From: Candidatus Cloacimonadota bacterium
Lineage (GTDB): Bacteria > Cloacimonadota > Cloacimonadia > Cloacimonadales > TCS61
Direction of reading: 5' to 3'
DNA length: 64,000 bases
Assembly (NCBI GenBank): GCA_030621085.1
Contig: JAUXIJ010000005.1
Location: 537 to 64,536, forward strand
Shown here: in pieces, positions 1-11,816 of the stretch
How positions within the stretch are numbered: position 1 is the stretch's first letter
Layout of the letters: the number at the start of each line of letters is the position of its first letter
Notes under the pieces: generated by a model
What the model was told of the DNA's origin: nothing
Seen by the model: the letters and a program-made list of their open reading frames with translations, nothing else
The model's database searches: none
Program-made: the position numbers and the translations under genes

Positions 1-1
1 A

Positions 2-2275
2 AAACACAGGATATTATTTAATAATATAATAGATCCTATCTTCATTTTCTCCAAAGAAGACCTGCACTTCCTGGATTGTAATAATTCGGTTATAGAAAAT
101 TATGGCTATTCAAAAGAAGAATTAAAAAAAATGACTCCTTTCGATCTTCATCTGAAAAGTGAATACGAAAAAGTACAACATTACGTAAAAAAAATCACTA
201 CCGAACCAGTCATATACAACCATCTTACAAAAGAAGGAAAAAAAATATTAGTTGAGATTCTTTCTAAAGAAATAACTTATGAAAATAAATCTGCGATTCT
301 GAGTATTGCACACAATATAACAGAGCGTATTAAAGCCAAAGAAAAACTTAAGGAAATTCAGGAACGTCTATCCATCGTTTTTAAAAATGTTCCCAATATC
401 ATCCTTTATGAAATTGGTGGTGGTCGCAGGTTTGTATCTGAAAACATCATTAAGCTACTTGGCTATCCTGCACTAGAATTTATAAAAGATAAGAAAAAAT
501 TTACCAGTTTGATACACAAAGATGACCGTGAGATCATAAAGCAGAAAATTCATGCATGGAGAGAAAGCGGATCTGCTGAAATGCTTACTCTCTGGTACAG
601 AATTAACCTTTCCTCAGGGAAAAATATCTGGATAGAAGATCGGATGGTTGCCATCACTCCCGCTAATGGTAAGAAATACATTACGGGCGTTTTGATAGAT
701 AACTCCGACCTGAAAAAGGCTGATGAAGCATTAAAGATCAGCCAATCAAGATATAAGGCAGTTGTGGAAGATCAGACTGAGTATATAGCTCGATTCCTGC
801 AAGATACTACGCTCACATTTGTCAATGAAGCTTATTGCCGGTTTGCCGGTAAAAGCAATGAAAATCTGATTGGTACAAAATGGCTAAATAAAATTTCTAC
901 CGAGGAGAAAGAAGACTTTTTAAAAATATTTAATTCCCTAACTATTGAAGATCCTGTTGCCACAAGAGAATTTGAAACAGAACTTGAGGATGGAACTGCG
1001 ATTTGGACTGAATGGACATTTCGTGCCCTGTTCGATGAAAATGGAAATTTCATTGAATTTCAATCTGTGGGTAAAGATATTACAGATAGGAAGAATGCAG
1101 AAGTTGAAAAGCAGAAAATCCAGGACCAGCTTTTTCAATCACAGAAAATGGAAGTAGTCGGACGTTTAGCCGGTGGAATCGCTCACGATTTCAATAATCT
1201 TCTCACAGCCATCAACGGTTATGCCGACCTTGCAAAAAAGAAATTAGATATTAATGATCCGGTCGCAGAAGATATCGATGTTATCAAAGAATGTGGAGAA
1301 AAAGCAGCAAAACTGACCCAACAGCTTCTTGGTTTCTCACGCAGACAGATCACTGATAAGAAGATAATCGATTTGAATGTGGTGATTCAAGACCTGAATA
1401 AAATGCTCACTCGCCTCATTGGTGAAGAAATAGAATTGAAAACCTGCACATCCGAAGAGCAATGCATCGTTAATGCAGATTCAGGGCAAATAGAGCAGGT
1501 TCTTGTAAACCTGATTGTAAATGCTAGAGATGCGATACCCAAAGGTGGAGTAATTACGATAAGTACAATTATCGAGACGATCAATTCAGAGCAAGCAAAG
1601 AAACTTGGTCTTGAGCAAAGTGGTAAATACACTTTAACCTCTGTGCAAGATACAGGAAGTGGAATCCCGGAAGACATAAGAGAGAAGATATTCGAACCCT
1701 TCTTCACAACAAAAGAGCTAGGTGAGGGTACAGGGCTTGGCCTGGCAACGGTTTATGGGATAATAAAACAGAATGATGGGCATATTATTGTAGAATCTGA
1801 AGTTAGTAAAGGAACCCGTTTTAGATTCTATCTACCCTACATTGAAGCAGCTATTTCCAAATCAGAAACTAAAGCTATCGAGGAAGAGGAACTTCCCAGA
1901 GGAAATGAAACAATTCTCCTGGTGGAAGATGAAGAAAATATCAGAGAGTTTGTTGCTTCAATTCTTGAAGAATATGGTTATAATATTCTGGAAGCGACTA
2001 ATGGAGAAGAAGGACTTCAACTGGCAAAAGATTATAAAGAACCGATCGATTTACTTCTTTCCGATATCAGAATGCCTAAAATGAGTGGCCCAGAACTTTC
2101 AGAACTGCTTAAAAAAGATCATCGAGAGACAAAAGCTCTCTTTATCTCGGGACATACTGATGATGATGTTCTTCAAGAAATTACCAGATCAAATGCAGGT
2201 TTCTTGCACAAACCTTTTTCCTTTACAGCACTTGTAAACAAAGTACGTGAGGTACTCAATAAAAAAGGAACCTAA
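2..2275 (+). CDS. Hybrid multi-PAS sensor histidine kinase/response regulator, 5'-truncated by window edge
   Basis: Frame open from base 2 (KHRILFNNIIDPIFIF..., PAS-like); H-box AHDFNNLL, G-boxes DTGSGI/FFTTK/GTGLGL, C-terminal receiver (LLVEDE, SDIRMP, KPF). Confidence 0.92.
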   Translation, partial: KHRILFNNIIDPIFIFSKEDLHFLDCNNSVIENYGYSKEELKKMTPFDLHLKSEYEKVQHYVKKITTEPVIYNHLTKEGKKILVEILSKEITYENKSAILSIAHNITERIKAKEKLKEIQERLSIVFKNVPNIILYEIGGGRRFVSENIIKLLGYPALEFIKDKKKFTSLIHKDDREIIKQKIHAWRESGSAEMLTLWYRINLSSGKNIWIEDRMVAITPANGKKYITGVLIDNSDLKKADEALKISQSRYKAVVEDQTEYIARFLQDTTLTFVNEAYCRFAGKSNENLIGTKWLNKISTEEKEDFLKIFNSLTIEDPVATREFETELEDGTAIWTEWTFRALFDENGNFIEFQSVGKDITDRKNAEVEKQKIQDQLFQSQKMEVVGRLAGGIAHDFNNLLTAINGYADLAKKKLDINDPVAEDIDVIKECGEKAAKLTQQLLGFSRRQITDKKIIDLNVVIQDLNKMLTRLIGEEIELKTCTSEEQCIVNADSGQIEQVLVNLIVNARDAIPKGGVITISTIIETINSEQAKKLGLEQSGKYTLTSVQDTGSGIPEDIREKIFEPFFTTKELGEGTGLGLATVYGIIKQNDGHIIVESEVSKGTRFRFYLPYIEAAISKSETKAIEEEELPRGNETILLVEDEENIREFVASILEEYGYNILEATNGEEGLQLAKDYKEPIDLLLSDIRMPKMSGPELSELLKKDHRETKALFISGHTDDDVLQEITRSNAGFLHKPFSFTALVNKVREVLNKKGT

Positions 2276-4372
2276 ATGAAAAAACGTAAAGCTGAACTCG
2301 AGAAGCGGATATTTATCCTCTTTTTCATTATTACTTTCATTCTTGTATTAACCATTATATTCATCGAGTGGCAATTGGTGAAATTTGGCATAACGCAGTA
2401 TGAAGATGTAAATCTGAATTTAACTTTTTCAGATTTCAAGATAGTCCAGAGTGAAAAACAAACTATTTCACAAAACAAACTCATAAAATTTACATCCGAC
2501 ATCAGGCTTGAAGATGCTATTAGAATTAAGAATGCTAAACAAATATCAAATCGCTTACATTCACATTACGAACAGGCAGATGTGAATAATCTCACGATCT
2601 ATAGCAGGGAGAGAATGGTTATTTTTGGAACAAAATGGGATTTAATAGATAAATATCTTGCTCAGATCTATCAGAATGCCTCTAAAGAAAAATCGGGATC
2701 TTTTATAGCGAATTTTGGAAACAAACTCTTTCAAATTGATTATTATCCTCTTATATCCAGCAAAGAGATCACTGAACTATTGGCAGTATTCATCATTGTG
2801 GAAAAAATCGAGATCAACACATTCCATTTAAGTTCACAATATAACCTCAAGCTTGTGCCTTTTGATGGTGAATTGAACGAAGAACAGATGCCACTTACCT
2901 TAATAAATCATATAGCTGATCTAAACTTAATTGTTCAAAATATGTCTCGGAATCAGGAAATTGAATCGATTCACAAGTTAAATGTAGAACTTGCAGTTGG
3001 AATCCATATTCTGTATGACTTACAGAACCAACCTGGTGGTATCCTTCTTGTCTCCTATGTCAGAGATACAAACAGATTTGCTAATCAGAGTATGCTTCTT
3101 TTTGTTCTTATTTTACTGGCTACATCACTTATCATGATCGTCCTGCTTGGAAACTGGTTTAGTAAAACCATTCTGATGCCAGTAAATAGCATCAGTGAAA
3201 GAATGCGAGAGATATCGGTCAATCCCTCTACGTTAAAACCAATTGAACAAAAATATACAGGCGTTCTTGGAGATATGGTGAATTCTTTTAACATGATGAA
3301 TATTGCTCTTTCCAATCATCGCAAGAACTTGCAGGAGTATAAGATCATAACAGATAATATCGATTCAGGTATTTTCTGGCTTGATAATGATTTTAATATT
3401 ATCCTGTTCAATCCCAGTTTCATGAAGATCACGGGTTTGAAAAAGGAAGAGGAAATTATTGGTAAGAATCTTTCCCGACTTCTGGGAACCAAAGAGAACA
3501 TTCTTAATAAAATGGAAGGTTATAGCATTACTATACTCCAACTCGAGATCTATCCAAATAACAGATTGAGGTATGTTACATTGAATCTTCGTAGGACTAA
3601 ATATGACGAGGGTTATCGCTTCTTTGGAAGTATTACAGATATTTCCAATGAGATAAAACAGACAAAAGCCAGGGAAGCCCTGGAGCTGGAACTTATCAAA
3701 AGCAACAAAGCCGCTGAACTCGGCAGGAAAGTGGAAGGTATTGTTCATAATATCAATTCCCCTCTCAATTCGATTCTGGGATATGCCCAATTGCTCAAAA
3801 AAGAACACAAAGACAACGAAGATATAACTAAAATTATAGATGCCGGAAAAAAAATCGCAAAAAATGTGAAAGGATTGCTTACAAAAGTTAAACAAAGCAA
3901 TATCTCAAGCGTGCGACCTATCAAGATCAACGAACTTATAGATCGGGAGTTGGATTTCTGTGAACATAATCTTTTCTTTAAACACTACGTAACCCTGGAG
4001 AAGAATTTTCAGGAAGATATTCCCAAACTTAATGCTATTTATAGTGATATAAGTCTATGCATTGCCAATATCATCAATAATGCTATCGAGGCACTAAAAA
4101 ACAGTGAAGATAAATTTCTGCGAGTTAGAACATACTCACACAACAATATGATCGCTACCGAGATAGAAGATACAGGTGAAGGCATTAAAAAGAGAGATAT
4201 TCCCAAAATATTTGAATCATATTTTTCTACAAAAACAGGTAAAGATGGAACAGGCTTCGGTCTGGGACTGGCAATTTCAAAAAGCGTGGTTGAAAAGTAT
4301 AACGGTTATATTACGGTCGATTCTAAAGTTGGGCTGGGCAGTAAGTTCACAATAAATCTACCAATTAAGTAA
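2276..4372 (+). CDS. Membrane sensor histidine kinase (periplasmic domain, HAMP, PAS, HisKA, HATPase)
   Basis: Two TM segments, VHNINSPL H-box, DTGEGI, FSTK, GFGLGL. Confidence 0.9.
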   Translation: MKKRKAELEKRIFILFFIITFILVLTIIFIEWQLVKFGITQYEDVNLNLTFSDFKIVQSEKQTISQNKLIKFTSDIRLEDAIRIKNAKQISNRLHSHYEQADVNNLTIYSRERMVIFGTKWDLIDKYLAQIYQNASKEKSGSFIANFGNKLFQIDYYPLISSKEITELLAVFIIVEKIEINTFHLSSQYNLKLVPFDGELNEEQMPLTLINHIADLNLIVQNMSRNQEIESIHKLNVELAVGIHILYDLQNQPGGILLVSYVRDTNRFANQSMLLFVLILLATSLIMIVLLGNWFSKTILMPVNSISERMREISVNPSTLKPIEQKYTGVLGDMVNSFNMMNIALSNHRKNLQEYKIITDNIDSGIFWLDNDFNIILFNPSFMKITGLKKEEEIIGKNLSRLLGTKENILNKMEGYSITILQLEIYPNNRLRYVTLNLRRTKYDEGYRFFGSITDISNEIKQTKAREALELELIKSNKAAELGRKVEGIVHNINSPLNSILGYAQLLKKEHKDNEDITKIIDAGKKIAKNVKGLLTKVKQSNISSVRPIKINELIDRELDFCEHNLFFKHYVTLEKNFQEDIPKLNAIYSDISLCIANIINNAIEALKNSEDKFLRVRTYSHNNMIATEIEDTGEGIKKRDIPKIFESYFSTKTGKDGTGFGLGLAISKSVVEKYNGYITVDSKVGLGSKFTINLPIK

Positions 4373-4384
4373 AAGGAAGGATCT

Positions 4385-5803
4385 ATGATGACTAACAGAC
4401 AGAATAGGAATAAAAACAAAAAGGCACGAATTCTCATAGTTGATGACGAACAGGATACACGAGACATCTTTAAGCGTCAGTTGGAAGAGGATTATCACAT
4501 CGATACAGCAGAATCTGCCCTTGTTGCAGTGGAAAAAATAAAACAAAATAATTATCACATTGCACTTACCGACCTGGTTATGCCAGGTGAAGATGGACTG
4601 GAACTTCTAAAGACAATTAAGAAGAATTGGCCTCAAATTGCGGTGATGGTCATCAGCGGTAAAGCTTCCATCGAAATGGCTGTAGAAGCAATGAAACTAG
4701 GCGCCGATGAATTTATAGAGAAACCTGTGGAAGATCTGGACCTGCTTAAATTGATGATAAAAAAGATCCTCAAGATCACATGGCAGAAAGAAGAAATAAA
4801 ACGCCTGCGTTCTATCCTGGATGATAAATTTGACAGAGCTCATATTGTAGGCAGCAGTTTAGCGATCCAGCAACGTTTGGAAAAGGTTAAACGTGTAGCA
4901 CCGCTGGATACTACTATTCTTATCTCTGGAGAAACAGGAGTTGGTAAAGAACTATTTGCCGAGTTGATCTATAAAAATAGTAACCGAAAAAACAAAAAAT
5001 TCGTAACGGTGAATTGTGGTAGTCTCCCGGAAAATCTTTTAGAAAGCACACTTTTCGGACACAAAAAAGGTTCATTCACCAGTGCTATCCGCGATAAAAT
5101 AGGTTATTTCCAGGAAGCCGATGGTGGTACGCTTTTCCTGGATGAAATCACAGAAACAACTCCTGCATTTCAGGTAAAATTACTACGAGCTCTGGAAAAA
5201 GGGGTTATCCGTCAAGTGGGTGGTGATCAAGATATTTTCGTAGATGTCAGAATCATTGCAGCAACCAATAAAGACCTTGATGAGGAAGTATTACACGAAA
5301 ATTTTAGGGAAGACCTCTATTATCGTCTGAATGTAATAAACATTCACATTCCTCCGCTGAGGGAACGAATGGAAGATATCAAATTATTGACCAAATCATT
5401 CGTAACTGAATTCTGCAAGAAATACAATAAGCCAAACTTGAAAATATCCGATGCGGTTTTTTCTATTTTGAGTAGTAATGAATGGAAGGGTAACATAAGA
5501 GAATTAAGAAATGCCGTTGAACATGCCGTGGCACTCGCCGATCATGATACAATCTTGTTTGAAGATCTTCCAACCAATATAACTCAAAGACGAAGTGATC
5601 GAGGATATAGTAGAAATTATGATAATCTTCAATTCTCTACTGCAAAAGACATATTTGAAAAGACTTACATAGAAAATCTGATGAATAAATGCCAGGGTGA
5701 CGTTACAAAAGTATCCAAAATATCTAATATAAAAAGGCAGAATTTATACGAGAAATTTAAAAAATATGATCTCGATCCAAATAGTTTCAGAATAAATAAG
5801 TAA
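4385..5803 (+). CDS. Sigma-54-dependent response regulator (NtrC/PilR family)
   Basis: Receiver domain, GETGVGKE Walker A, GSFTSA (GAFTGA-like), LFLDEI, FREDLYYRLNV, WKGNIRELRN, C-terminal Fis-type HTH. Confidence 0.93.
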   Translation: MMTNRQNRNKNKKARILIVDDEQDTRDIFKRQLEEDYHIDTAESALVAVEKIKQNNYHIALTDLVMPGEDGLELLKTIKKNWPQIAVMVISGKASIEMAVEAMKLGADEFIEKPVEDLDLLKLMIKKILKITWQKEEIKRLRSILDDKFDRAHIVGSSLAIQQRLEKVKRVAPLDTTILISGETGVGKELFAELIYKNSNRKNKKFVTVNCGSLPENLLESTLFGHKKGSFTSAIRDKIGYFQEADGGTLFLDEITETTPAFQVKLLRALEKGVIRQVGGDQDIFVDVRIIAATNKDLDEEVLHENFREDLYYRLNVINIHIPPLRERMEDIKLLTKSFVTEFCKKYNKPNLKISDAVFSILSSNEWKGNIRELRNAVEHAVALADHDTILFEDLPTNITQRRSDRGYSRNYDNLQFSTAKDIFEKTYIENLMNKCQGDVTKVSKISNIKRQNLYEKFKKYDLDPNSFRINK

Positions 5804-5804
5804 T

Positions 5805-7091
5805 CTAATCAGCCTCTTTCTCAAGAAGATATAACATCATGATAATGATATAGAACAACATACAGAAATCTGCCAATAAAATGAATTTGTAAAATATCCT
5901 ATAAAGTGAATTAAACAAAAATGCCGAGAACAGGAATATTAAATTAAAATTAAGCAGTCTTTTCAAATCCTTTGGAATGATAATAATAAACGAAAGAAGC
6001 GGCAGCCAGATCACATTGTTGTAGGAAAGCCGGGCTGCAGGCAGAAAGAACTCACTTAAAAATACTAACGTTAAACCAACCAAAAAGATCATTTCTATTG
6101 AAACATCCTGTTTCCTTTTCCTAAAGAGAAAAATAGAAAATAATAGAATTACAGTTATTAACGATATCCACAAAATACTGGATTGTACTTTTACATCCAG
6201 ATACCTTCTGAATAATTCCTGGAAAGATGAATCTATCATGGGAAGATTACCGGAGATAACGGAATTTTTGACACCTTCGATTATATTGAAATTCGGATGT
6301 AATGATATTGATGATTGAATAATACCCAAATGGAATAATTCATGAATTTTCATTGCAGAAAAATAATTTTGCCATGTGCTGAAATCTGCAATAATAAATG
6401 ATGAAGCAATTCCAATAATAACTCCGATGATCCCTCCGGTTATTACTTTCCATTTACGATAAATAAGAAAAGGAATACCCATTAATATTACAGGAGGTCT
6501 TAAACTCAATGTGAAACCAAGTATTATACCGGCTATAAGAAAATTGTATTTAAAATCTTGCTTCGATATCCAATAGGCTAAAACAATCAAGAATGCAAAA
6601 AGCATATAGACTTGCCCCTTTTCGATATGCAGACGCCAGAAAAAACTTCCTGCAATAAGTAATAAGCCGATTATCCAAATTATCTTTGATTTTATTCCCG
6701 AATCTGTTATTTTGGAAAAAACAACAATAATAAAAATTAACATCATCCATTGAAATATCGCCCAGAGGATCTGTTGAGTTTTGTAAGGTATTCTGGCAAA
6801 AGGAGCATGAAGTAATAAAAAAGATGGTGGTACAGTGAGCCTGCTTACAGGAAGATTATAAAAAAAATCCCTAGCATCAACATAATATTCAGGTGTTTCA
6901 TTATTCCATTTGAAATAATATGGATCCTCTTCTTCTAATAAAAGCCTTGCTCCCACAACGCGATTCCTGAGATCGATAGCACCGTATTTCAATGTATTCA
7001 TAGTATCAAAACTGATACAGATCGCAGCCATTATAATTGAATATCCTAAAAGTATAATCGTGAATATGTTAATATATTTATTTTTCTTCAT
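5805..7091 (-). CDS. GT-C glycosyltransferase, family 87 (DUF2029)-like
   Basis: Polytopic membrane protein with N-terminal IDLR, TVPP, GQ and RPP motifs; paralogue of next gene. Confidence 0.7.
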   Translation of the reverse strand: MKKNKYINIFTIILLGYSIIMAAICISFDTMNTLKYGAIDLRNRVVGARLLLEEEDPYYFKWNNETPEYYVDARDFFYNLPVSRLTVPPSFLLLHAPFARIPYKTQQILWAIFQWMMLIFIIVVFSKITDSGIKSKIIWIIGLLLIAGSFFWRLHIEKGQVYMLFAFLIVLAYWISKQDFKYNFLIAGIILGFTLSLRPPVILMGIPFLIYRKWKVITGGIIGVIIGIASSFIIADFSTWQNYFSAMKIHELFHLGIIQSSISLHPNFNIIEGVKNSVISGNLPMIDSSFQELFRRYLDVKVQSSILWISLITVILLFSIFLFRKRKQDVSIEMIFLVGLTLVFLSEFFLPAARLSYNNVIWLPLLSFIIIIPKDLKRLLNFNLIFLFSAFLFNSLYRIFYKFILLADFCMLFYIIIMMLYLLEKEAD

Positions 7092-8233
7092 TTTTTGTTC
7101 CTTAAAATTGAAAGAATAGCTTCTGAATTAATAATTATTAAAGAAAGAGGTATAAGCCAGATAACATTATTATATGAAAACCTGGCAGCTGGAATGAAAA
7201 ATTCCGAGATTAGGACCATCAGTGAACCATAAAAGAATAAAACTTTTATATTCACTGCTTTTATTTTTAATCTCAGTAATAAAGCAATAAAAACTATTAA
7301 ACATATAATTAAACCTATAATAAGGAAATTCGAGGGTATTCTTATATTAAAAAAATTGAAAAATATTCCCTGAATAGATGAATCAGATATCGGCAATTGC
7401 GCTCCCATCCAAAGATCTCTTGTATCTTCAATATTTATATACGGATATCTTTCAGCACTCATTTTGAGAATACCCAAATGTACTTTCTCATGAATATCCA
7501 TTGCAGTAAAATAACTTTTCCAAATTTTGAAATTAACGAAGATAAATGAAGTGAGTATACCAATAATAAAACCAATTATTTGTCCAACTATGAATCTCCA
7601 TTTCTTATATAATAGGAATGGAACTCCAATAAGACACATTGGCGGACGCAAAGCTGTTGTATAACCGATAATGATTCCACTTAGGATAGAACTAAATTTC
7701 TTTTTATCCTGGTATATGTAATATGCAATAGAAAATAAGAAAATAAATAAAATGTAAATCTGTCCTCTTTCAACATGTAATCTGAAAACATAACTTCCTG
7801 CCATAAAAAAAAGACTTGTTATCCAAATTAATTTAGTTTTTATAAGATTTTTTTCTGATTTAGAGAAAAAATATATACTGAAAATCAATAATAACCACTG
7901 AATAAACATCCATAAATAACGTTGTATTTTGTATGGTAATTCTGAGAAAAAAGAATGCAGTTGCAACACTGTAGGGGGGACTGTAACTCTACTCACAGGA
8001 ATATTCGGATGATCACGAGAATCCAAAAAAAAATCAGAAAAGCTGTTATTCCATTTAAAAAAATAAGGGTCATATCCAGCTTTTATTAATCTGCTTCCTA
8101 CTACTCTGTTCCTTAAATCAATACCTCCGAAGAGAGATGTATTTTCAATATCCTTTATAAATCCAACTACAGCAAAAAAAATGGACATTATCAATAAAAA
8201 TGATAATAGTAGATTAATCTCATTTTTCTTCAT
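7088..8233 (-). CDS. GT-C glycosyltransferase, family 87 (DUF2029)-like, tandem paralogue
   Basis: Shares IDLRNRVVG, DPYxFKWN, TVPP, RLHxExGQ and SYNNVIW motifs with 5805-7091. Confidence 0.7.
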   Translation of the reverse strand: MKKNEINLLLSFLLIMSIFFAVVGFIKDIENTSLFGGIDLRNRVVGSRLIKAGYDPYFFKWNNSFSDFFLDSRDHPNIPVSRVTVPPTVLQLHSFFSELPYKIQRYLWMFIQWLLLIFSIYFFSKSEKNLIKTKLIWITSLFFMAGSYVFRLHVERGQIYILFIFLFSIAYYIYQDKKKFSSILSGIIIGYTTALRPPMCLIGVPFLLYKKWRFIVGQIIGFIIGILTSFIFVNFKIWKSYFTAMDIHEKVHLGILKMSAERYPYINIEDTRDLWMGAQLPISDSSIQGIFFNFFNIRIPSNFLIIGLIICLIVFIALLLRLKIKAVNIKVLFFYGSLMVLISEFFIPAARFSYNNVIWLIPLSLIIINSEAILSILRNKK

Positions 8234-9806
8234 GATAATCCTTCTCTGTGTTTACTTCCCAGATATTATCTTTAGTTTCGATATTATTAATAATATTCTC
8301 TACAGCCGTCATTGCAGTAAGCATCGAATGGTCCTGGTTATTATACCTATGCATCCCATTCCTGCCTATTAAAAATAGATTCTCAAACTTGTCTGTAAAT
8401 TCTCTAATAACATTGAATCTATTGTAAGTCCCAAAGTAAGCCGGATAGGTTTTGGGCATCCTGATAACAACACTGTCCAGGATATCTTCTTTTTCAATCA
8501 GATCAATTTTGCAGAACTCATCGATCGCAAATTCCGCAAAATCTTTATCTGCCATACTCCACAGTTCATCACCTTCACTGCAGAAATATTCCAGACCTAT
8601 CCAAACATTGTTATCATCTTTAACCATATATGGACTCCAGTTATTGAAAATCTGAAGCCTTCCCACTTTCACATCACGTTCCTGGATGTATATCCAGTTA
8701 TCAGGAATGATATTGTTCAATGTTTTGAATTTTGTTTCATTTTTTATCTTCATTTTTTTCAGGAGAAGTCCCACAGTAACGAAATCCCGGTATATCAATC
8801 CTTCGGATATTTTTCTCACTTCCTCAGGAACATGTTCGCCCATCGCTTTTATCAAATCTTTTACAGGCATGCATGAGAAAAAGTAGTCACCTTCCATCTT
8901 GAATTCATTTCCGGTTTTATCATTGCGGATGGTTACACTAATTATCTTGTCTTTATTTGTTTCGATTCCGATAACTTTTTGGTTAAGATTTATCTCTCCC
9001 CCTTTTTCAGAAATTAATTCTGCAACTTTTTCCCAAAGCTGACCGGGACCGAATTTGGGATACATAAATTGTTCTATCAAACTTGTTTCAGTTTTTTTCT
9101 GATCTATGGATACATCTTTAGAAAAGATATTCTTTAGAGCATGAATTATAGCTTTTGTTATGGAGAGTCCCTTTATCCGTTGTGCACCCCACTCAGGTTT
9201 TATCTTGCTGCAGGGAACTCTCCACACTTTTTCCGTATAATCTTTAAAGAATGTTAGATAGAGTTCCTTCCCAAATCTATTAATAAAGAAATCCTCCAGG
9301 TTTTTTTCTTGCTTGATAGGAAAAAGACGGATAGTCAGATAGCTCCAACCGATCTTAAAAATTCTCAGTATTCCCAAATTTTGAAGGGTTTTCAGGTTCA
9401 AGGAGATCGGATAATCAAAGAATTTCCTGAGAAAAAAAATCCTGGAGAGTCTGCTGCGGATTAGTATAACCTCATCCTGTTTTTGCGGGTCGGGTGCATT
9501 CACATCCTTTGAAAGAGGAATATTCTTATGGAGTATTAAATCGTCTTTGGAGGGAGCACCTTGAAGCGGAAGAATATCCTGCCACCATTTCATTACTCTT
9601 TCCGATTTAGAAAAGAACCGATGCCCACCGAGATCAATCCTGTTACCTTTATAATTTATAGTTTTGGAGATTCCACCTATGTCACCGGTTGCTTCAAAGA
9701 TTATTGGTTTGATGTCTGTTCTTTGTAATAATTCATAAGCCGCAGTAAGCCCTGCTGGTCCTGCTCCTATAATTATCGCTTTTTCTTCTGTTAACAACTT
9801 TTCCAT
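8220..9806 (-). CDS. NAD(P)/FAD-dependent oxidoreductase (protoporphyrinogen oxidase / UDP-galactopyranose mutase-like superfamily)
   Basis: [12 protein letters not shown] dinucleotide-binding motif, [25 protein letters not shown]. Confidence 0.85.
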   Translation of the reverse strand: MEKLLTEEKAIIIGAGPAGLTAAYELLQRTDIKPIIFEATGDIGGISKTINYKGNRIDLGGHRFFSKSERVMKWWQDILPLQGAPSKDDLILHKNIPLSKDVNAPDPQKQDEVILIRSRLSRIFFLRKFFDYPISLNLKTLQNLGILRIFKIGWSYLTIRLFPIKQEKNLEDFFINRFGKELYLTFFKDYTEKVWRVPCSKIKPEWGAQRIKGLSITKAIIHALKNIFSKDVSIDQKKTETSLIEQFMYPKFGPGQLWEKVAELISEKGGEINLNQKVIGIETNKDKIISVTIRNDKTGNEFKMEGDYFFSCMPVKDLIKAMGEHVPEEVRKISEGLIYRDFVTVGLLLKKMKIKNETKFKTLNNIIPDNWIYIQERDVKVGRLQIFNNWSPYMVKDDNNVWIGLEYFCSEGDELWSMADKDFAEFAIDEFCKIDLIEKEDILDSVVIRMPKTYPAYFGTYNRFNVIREFTDKFENLFLIGRNGMHRYNNQDHSMLTAMTAVENIINNIETKDNIWEVNTEKDYHEEK

Positions 9807-9832
9807 CCTATCCCATTACAATTTAAGCTTTT

Positions 9833-11791
9833 TTAGTTTAATCTTGGTGGCTCGAAAATTAGGTAATACTGTGGCTTCCTATAGTAAACCAATTGAGTGT
9901 TTCTCCAATTCATTAATTTATCAAATAGTTCATTAGTTCTATCTTTATGAGAATGTATAAGGTTTCTTTTTTCCATTGGGTCAAATTCCAGATTATAGAG
10001 TTCTGCTTCATCTTGGGGTTGATAATTCACTAACAACTTCCATGGCCAGTCTATTATTCCATCCTGATGAACAATTGAATTAGTATGCATATAAATATCT
10101 CTATTCTGATTTATATTAAATGGTGATACACCCTGAAAGGAATTAGGAATAGGAATGTTCATTAAATCTAAAACCGCTGGTAAAATATCAATATGATTAA
10201 TCGGATTTTCAATAGTATAAGAAGATACGCCATTTGGAGGTTTAATTAGTGTGAATGTTTGCATACATTCATTATACATCGAACCAGCATGATTGCCAAA
10301 ACCGTGTTCATAAAAGGCTTCACCGCTATCTCCGATAATAACAAAATAGCATTTATCCCAAATACCAAGTTGTTTAAGAAAATAACTAAAGTTCTTTATT
10401 ATAATATCGACATTATAAATGGAATTTAAATATCTATTTCGAATAAATTGTAACTTTTCCTCTGGCCAATAATAGAAGATGGTTGGAAAGTCGATAGTAG
10501 CTGGTTGATAAGGTTCCTCACCATTGGGGGGAATAATATAATTGAAATGAGTATTCTGAAAATTCATTCCCAAGAAAAAGGCTTCTTTTTTATTGAGGTC
10601 AGATATCCAGTTTTCAGCGATCTTAATCGTCTGTGAATCTTCAACTTTTCCAGCAGTAGCTATTTTATTTTTTATCAAAGAAGCTAAACCCTTTTTATCA
10701 TCCTCATTAAACCAGGTTTCGTTTTTAAAGTGTTCTGAATGAAAGAAAAAATCGATTTCTGGAATATCTAGCCAGCTGATCATATTTCCCCATCTTTCAT
10801 TTTGTGAGGAGATATATGCAGTTTTGTATTTTAAATTTTTAAAGACTGCAAAAATCGATGTTCTCTTAAATGGAGATCTTTTTTTATATTTTGTTCTCTT
10901 TGATGATCTTAGTGGATAGTTCGAGAACCACACAGATAAATCTTCATAATCTGAATGAGAAGAAACAGCATAAGATTTATTAAAAAGAAAGGATTCATCA
11001 ACTAATGATTTCATAAAAGGTATCGGACATGGCTCGATATCAATTAGATCATAACGCATAGATTCAATCATAATAACAATAACAGGAGAATCCGGAAATT
11101 TTTCAGGTAATTCTTGTTTCTTGTCTTTTCTAATAAGTATTGATTCATCTATTTCATAAATAAATGAACTGCCATCAAATCTCGGAGTTTTAAAAAAAGA
11201 TAAAAAGGGATGAATTTCCGTATTTATTATTATAAAAAAAATCATTGATAATGAAAAAATGAATATTAAAAAAAAGGTGGGTTTAGATTCTTTTTGTTTA
11301 TTCTTTCCTAAAAACCAGAGAATGAGAAATACTATCCCAATAACTGATATTAAATGGATTATTATTTTTAGAAATCCTGTTTGCATAAAATGAAGTAAAA
11401 GACGTGAAAAATTAACTAATGCAAATTGAACTAATTCCATACTCAAAAAATAATCATTTAGAAAATAAAACTTCCAACTAATTAAATCTATTGATATAAT
11501 AATCAGAAGTAAAATAAAAATAAAGGTATTAATGGAAACTTTAAGAAGCATATTAGCAATTTTATTAGATAAACAAATAAAAAATTTAGTTACTCCTACA
11601 ATGCACGCCCAGATTGAGAACGATACTATAAGAAGCTTTAATAAATCTACTACATCAAATTTACATAATTGGGGGACTGAAAAATTAATTACAAAAAAAA
11701 CCATACCAGACTCTATCAAAGCAATGATAAGTGCAAAAAGAAGTATTGTGGTAAAATAAGAACTTAAACGGTATTTCATAATTTTTTTCAT
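9833..11791 (-). CDS. Membrane-anchored sulfatase-fold protein (LTA synthase / phosphoform transferase-like)
   Basis: Several N-terminal TM helices; IMIESMR, NTHFNY, GDSGE, HIDILP, LYNLEFDPME; no CxPxR motif. Confidence 0.75.
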   Translation of the reverse strand: MKKIMKYRLSSYFTTILLFALIIALIESGMVFFVINFSVPQLCKFDVVDLLKLLIVSFSIWACIVGVTKFFICLSNKIANMLLKVSINTFIFILLLIIISIDLISWKFYFLNDYFLSMELVQFALVNFSRLLLHFMQTGFLKIIIHLISVIGIVFLILWFLGKNKQKESKPTFFLIFIFSLSMIFFIIINTEIHPFLSFFKTPRFDGSSFIYEIDESILIRKDKKQELPEKFPDSPVIVIMIESMRYDLIDIEPCPIPFMKSLVDESFLFNKSYAVSSHSDYEDLSVWFSNYPLRSSKRTKYKKRSPFKRTSIFAVFKNLKYKTAYISSQNERWGNMISWLDIPEIDFFFHSEHFKNETWFNEDDKKGLASLIKNKIATAGKVEDSQTIKIAENWISDLNKKEAFFLGMNFQNTHFNYIIPPNGEEPYQPATIDFPTIFYYWPEEKLQFIRNRYLNSIYNVDIIIKNFSYFLKQLGIWDKCYFVIIGDSGEAFYEHGFGNHAGSMYNECMQTFTLIKPPNGVSSYTIENPINHIDILPAVLDLMNIPIPNSFQGVSPFNINQNRDIYMHTNSIVHQDGIIDWPWKLLVNYQPQDEAELYNLEFDPMEKRNLIHSHKDRTNELFDKLMNWRNTQLVYYRKPQYYLIFEPPRLN

Positions 11792-11816
11792 AATAGTTTA
11801 ATTAAGGTATTAAATA

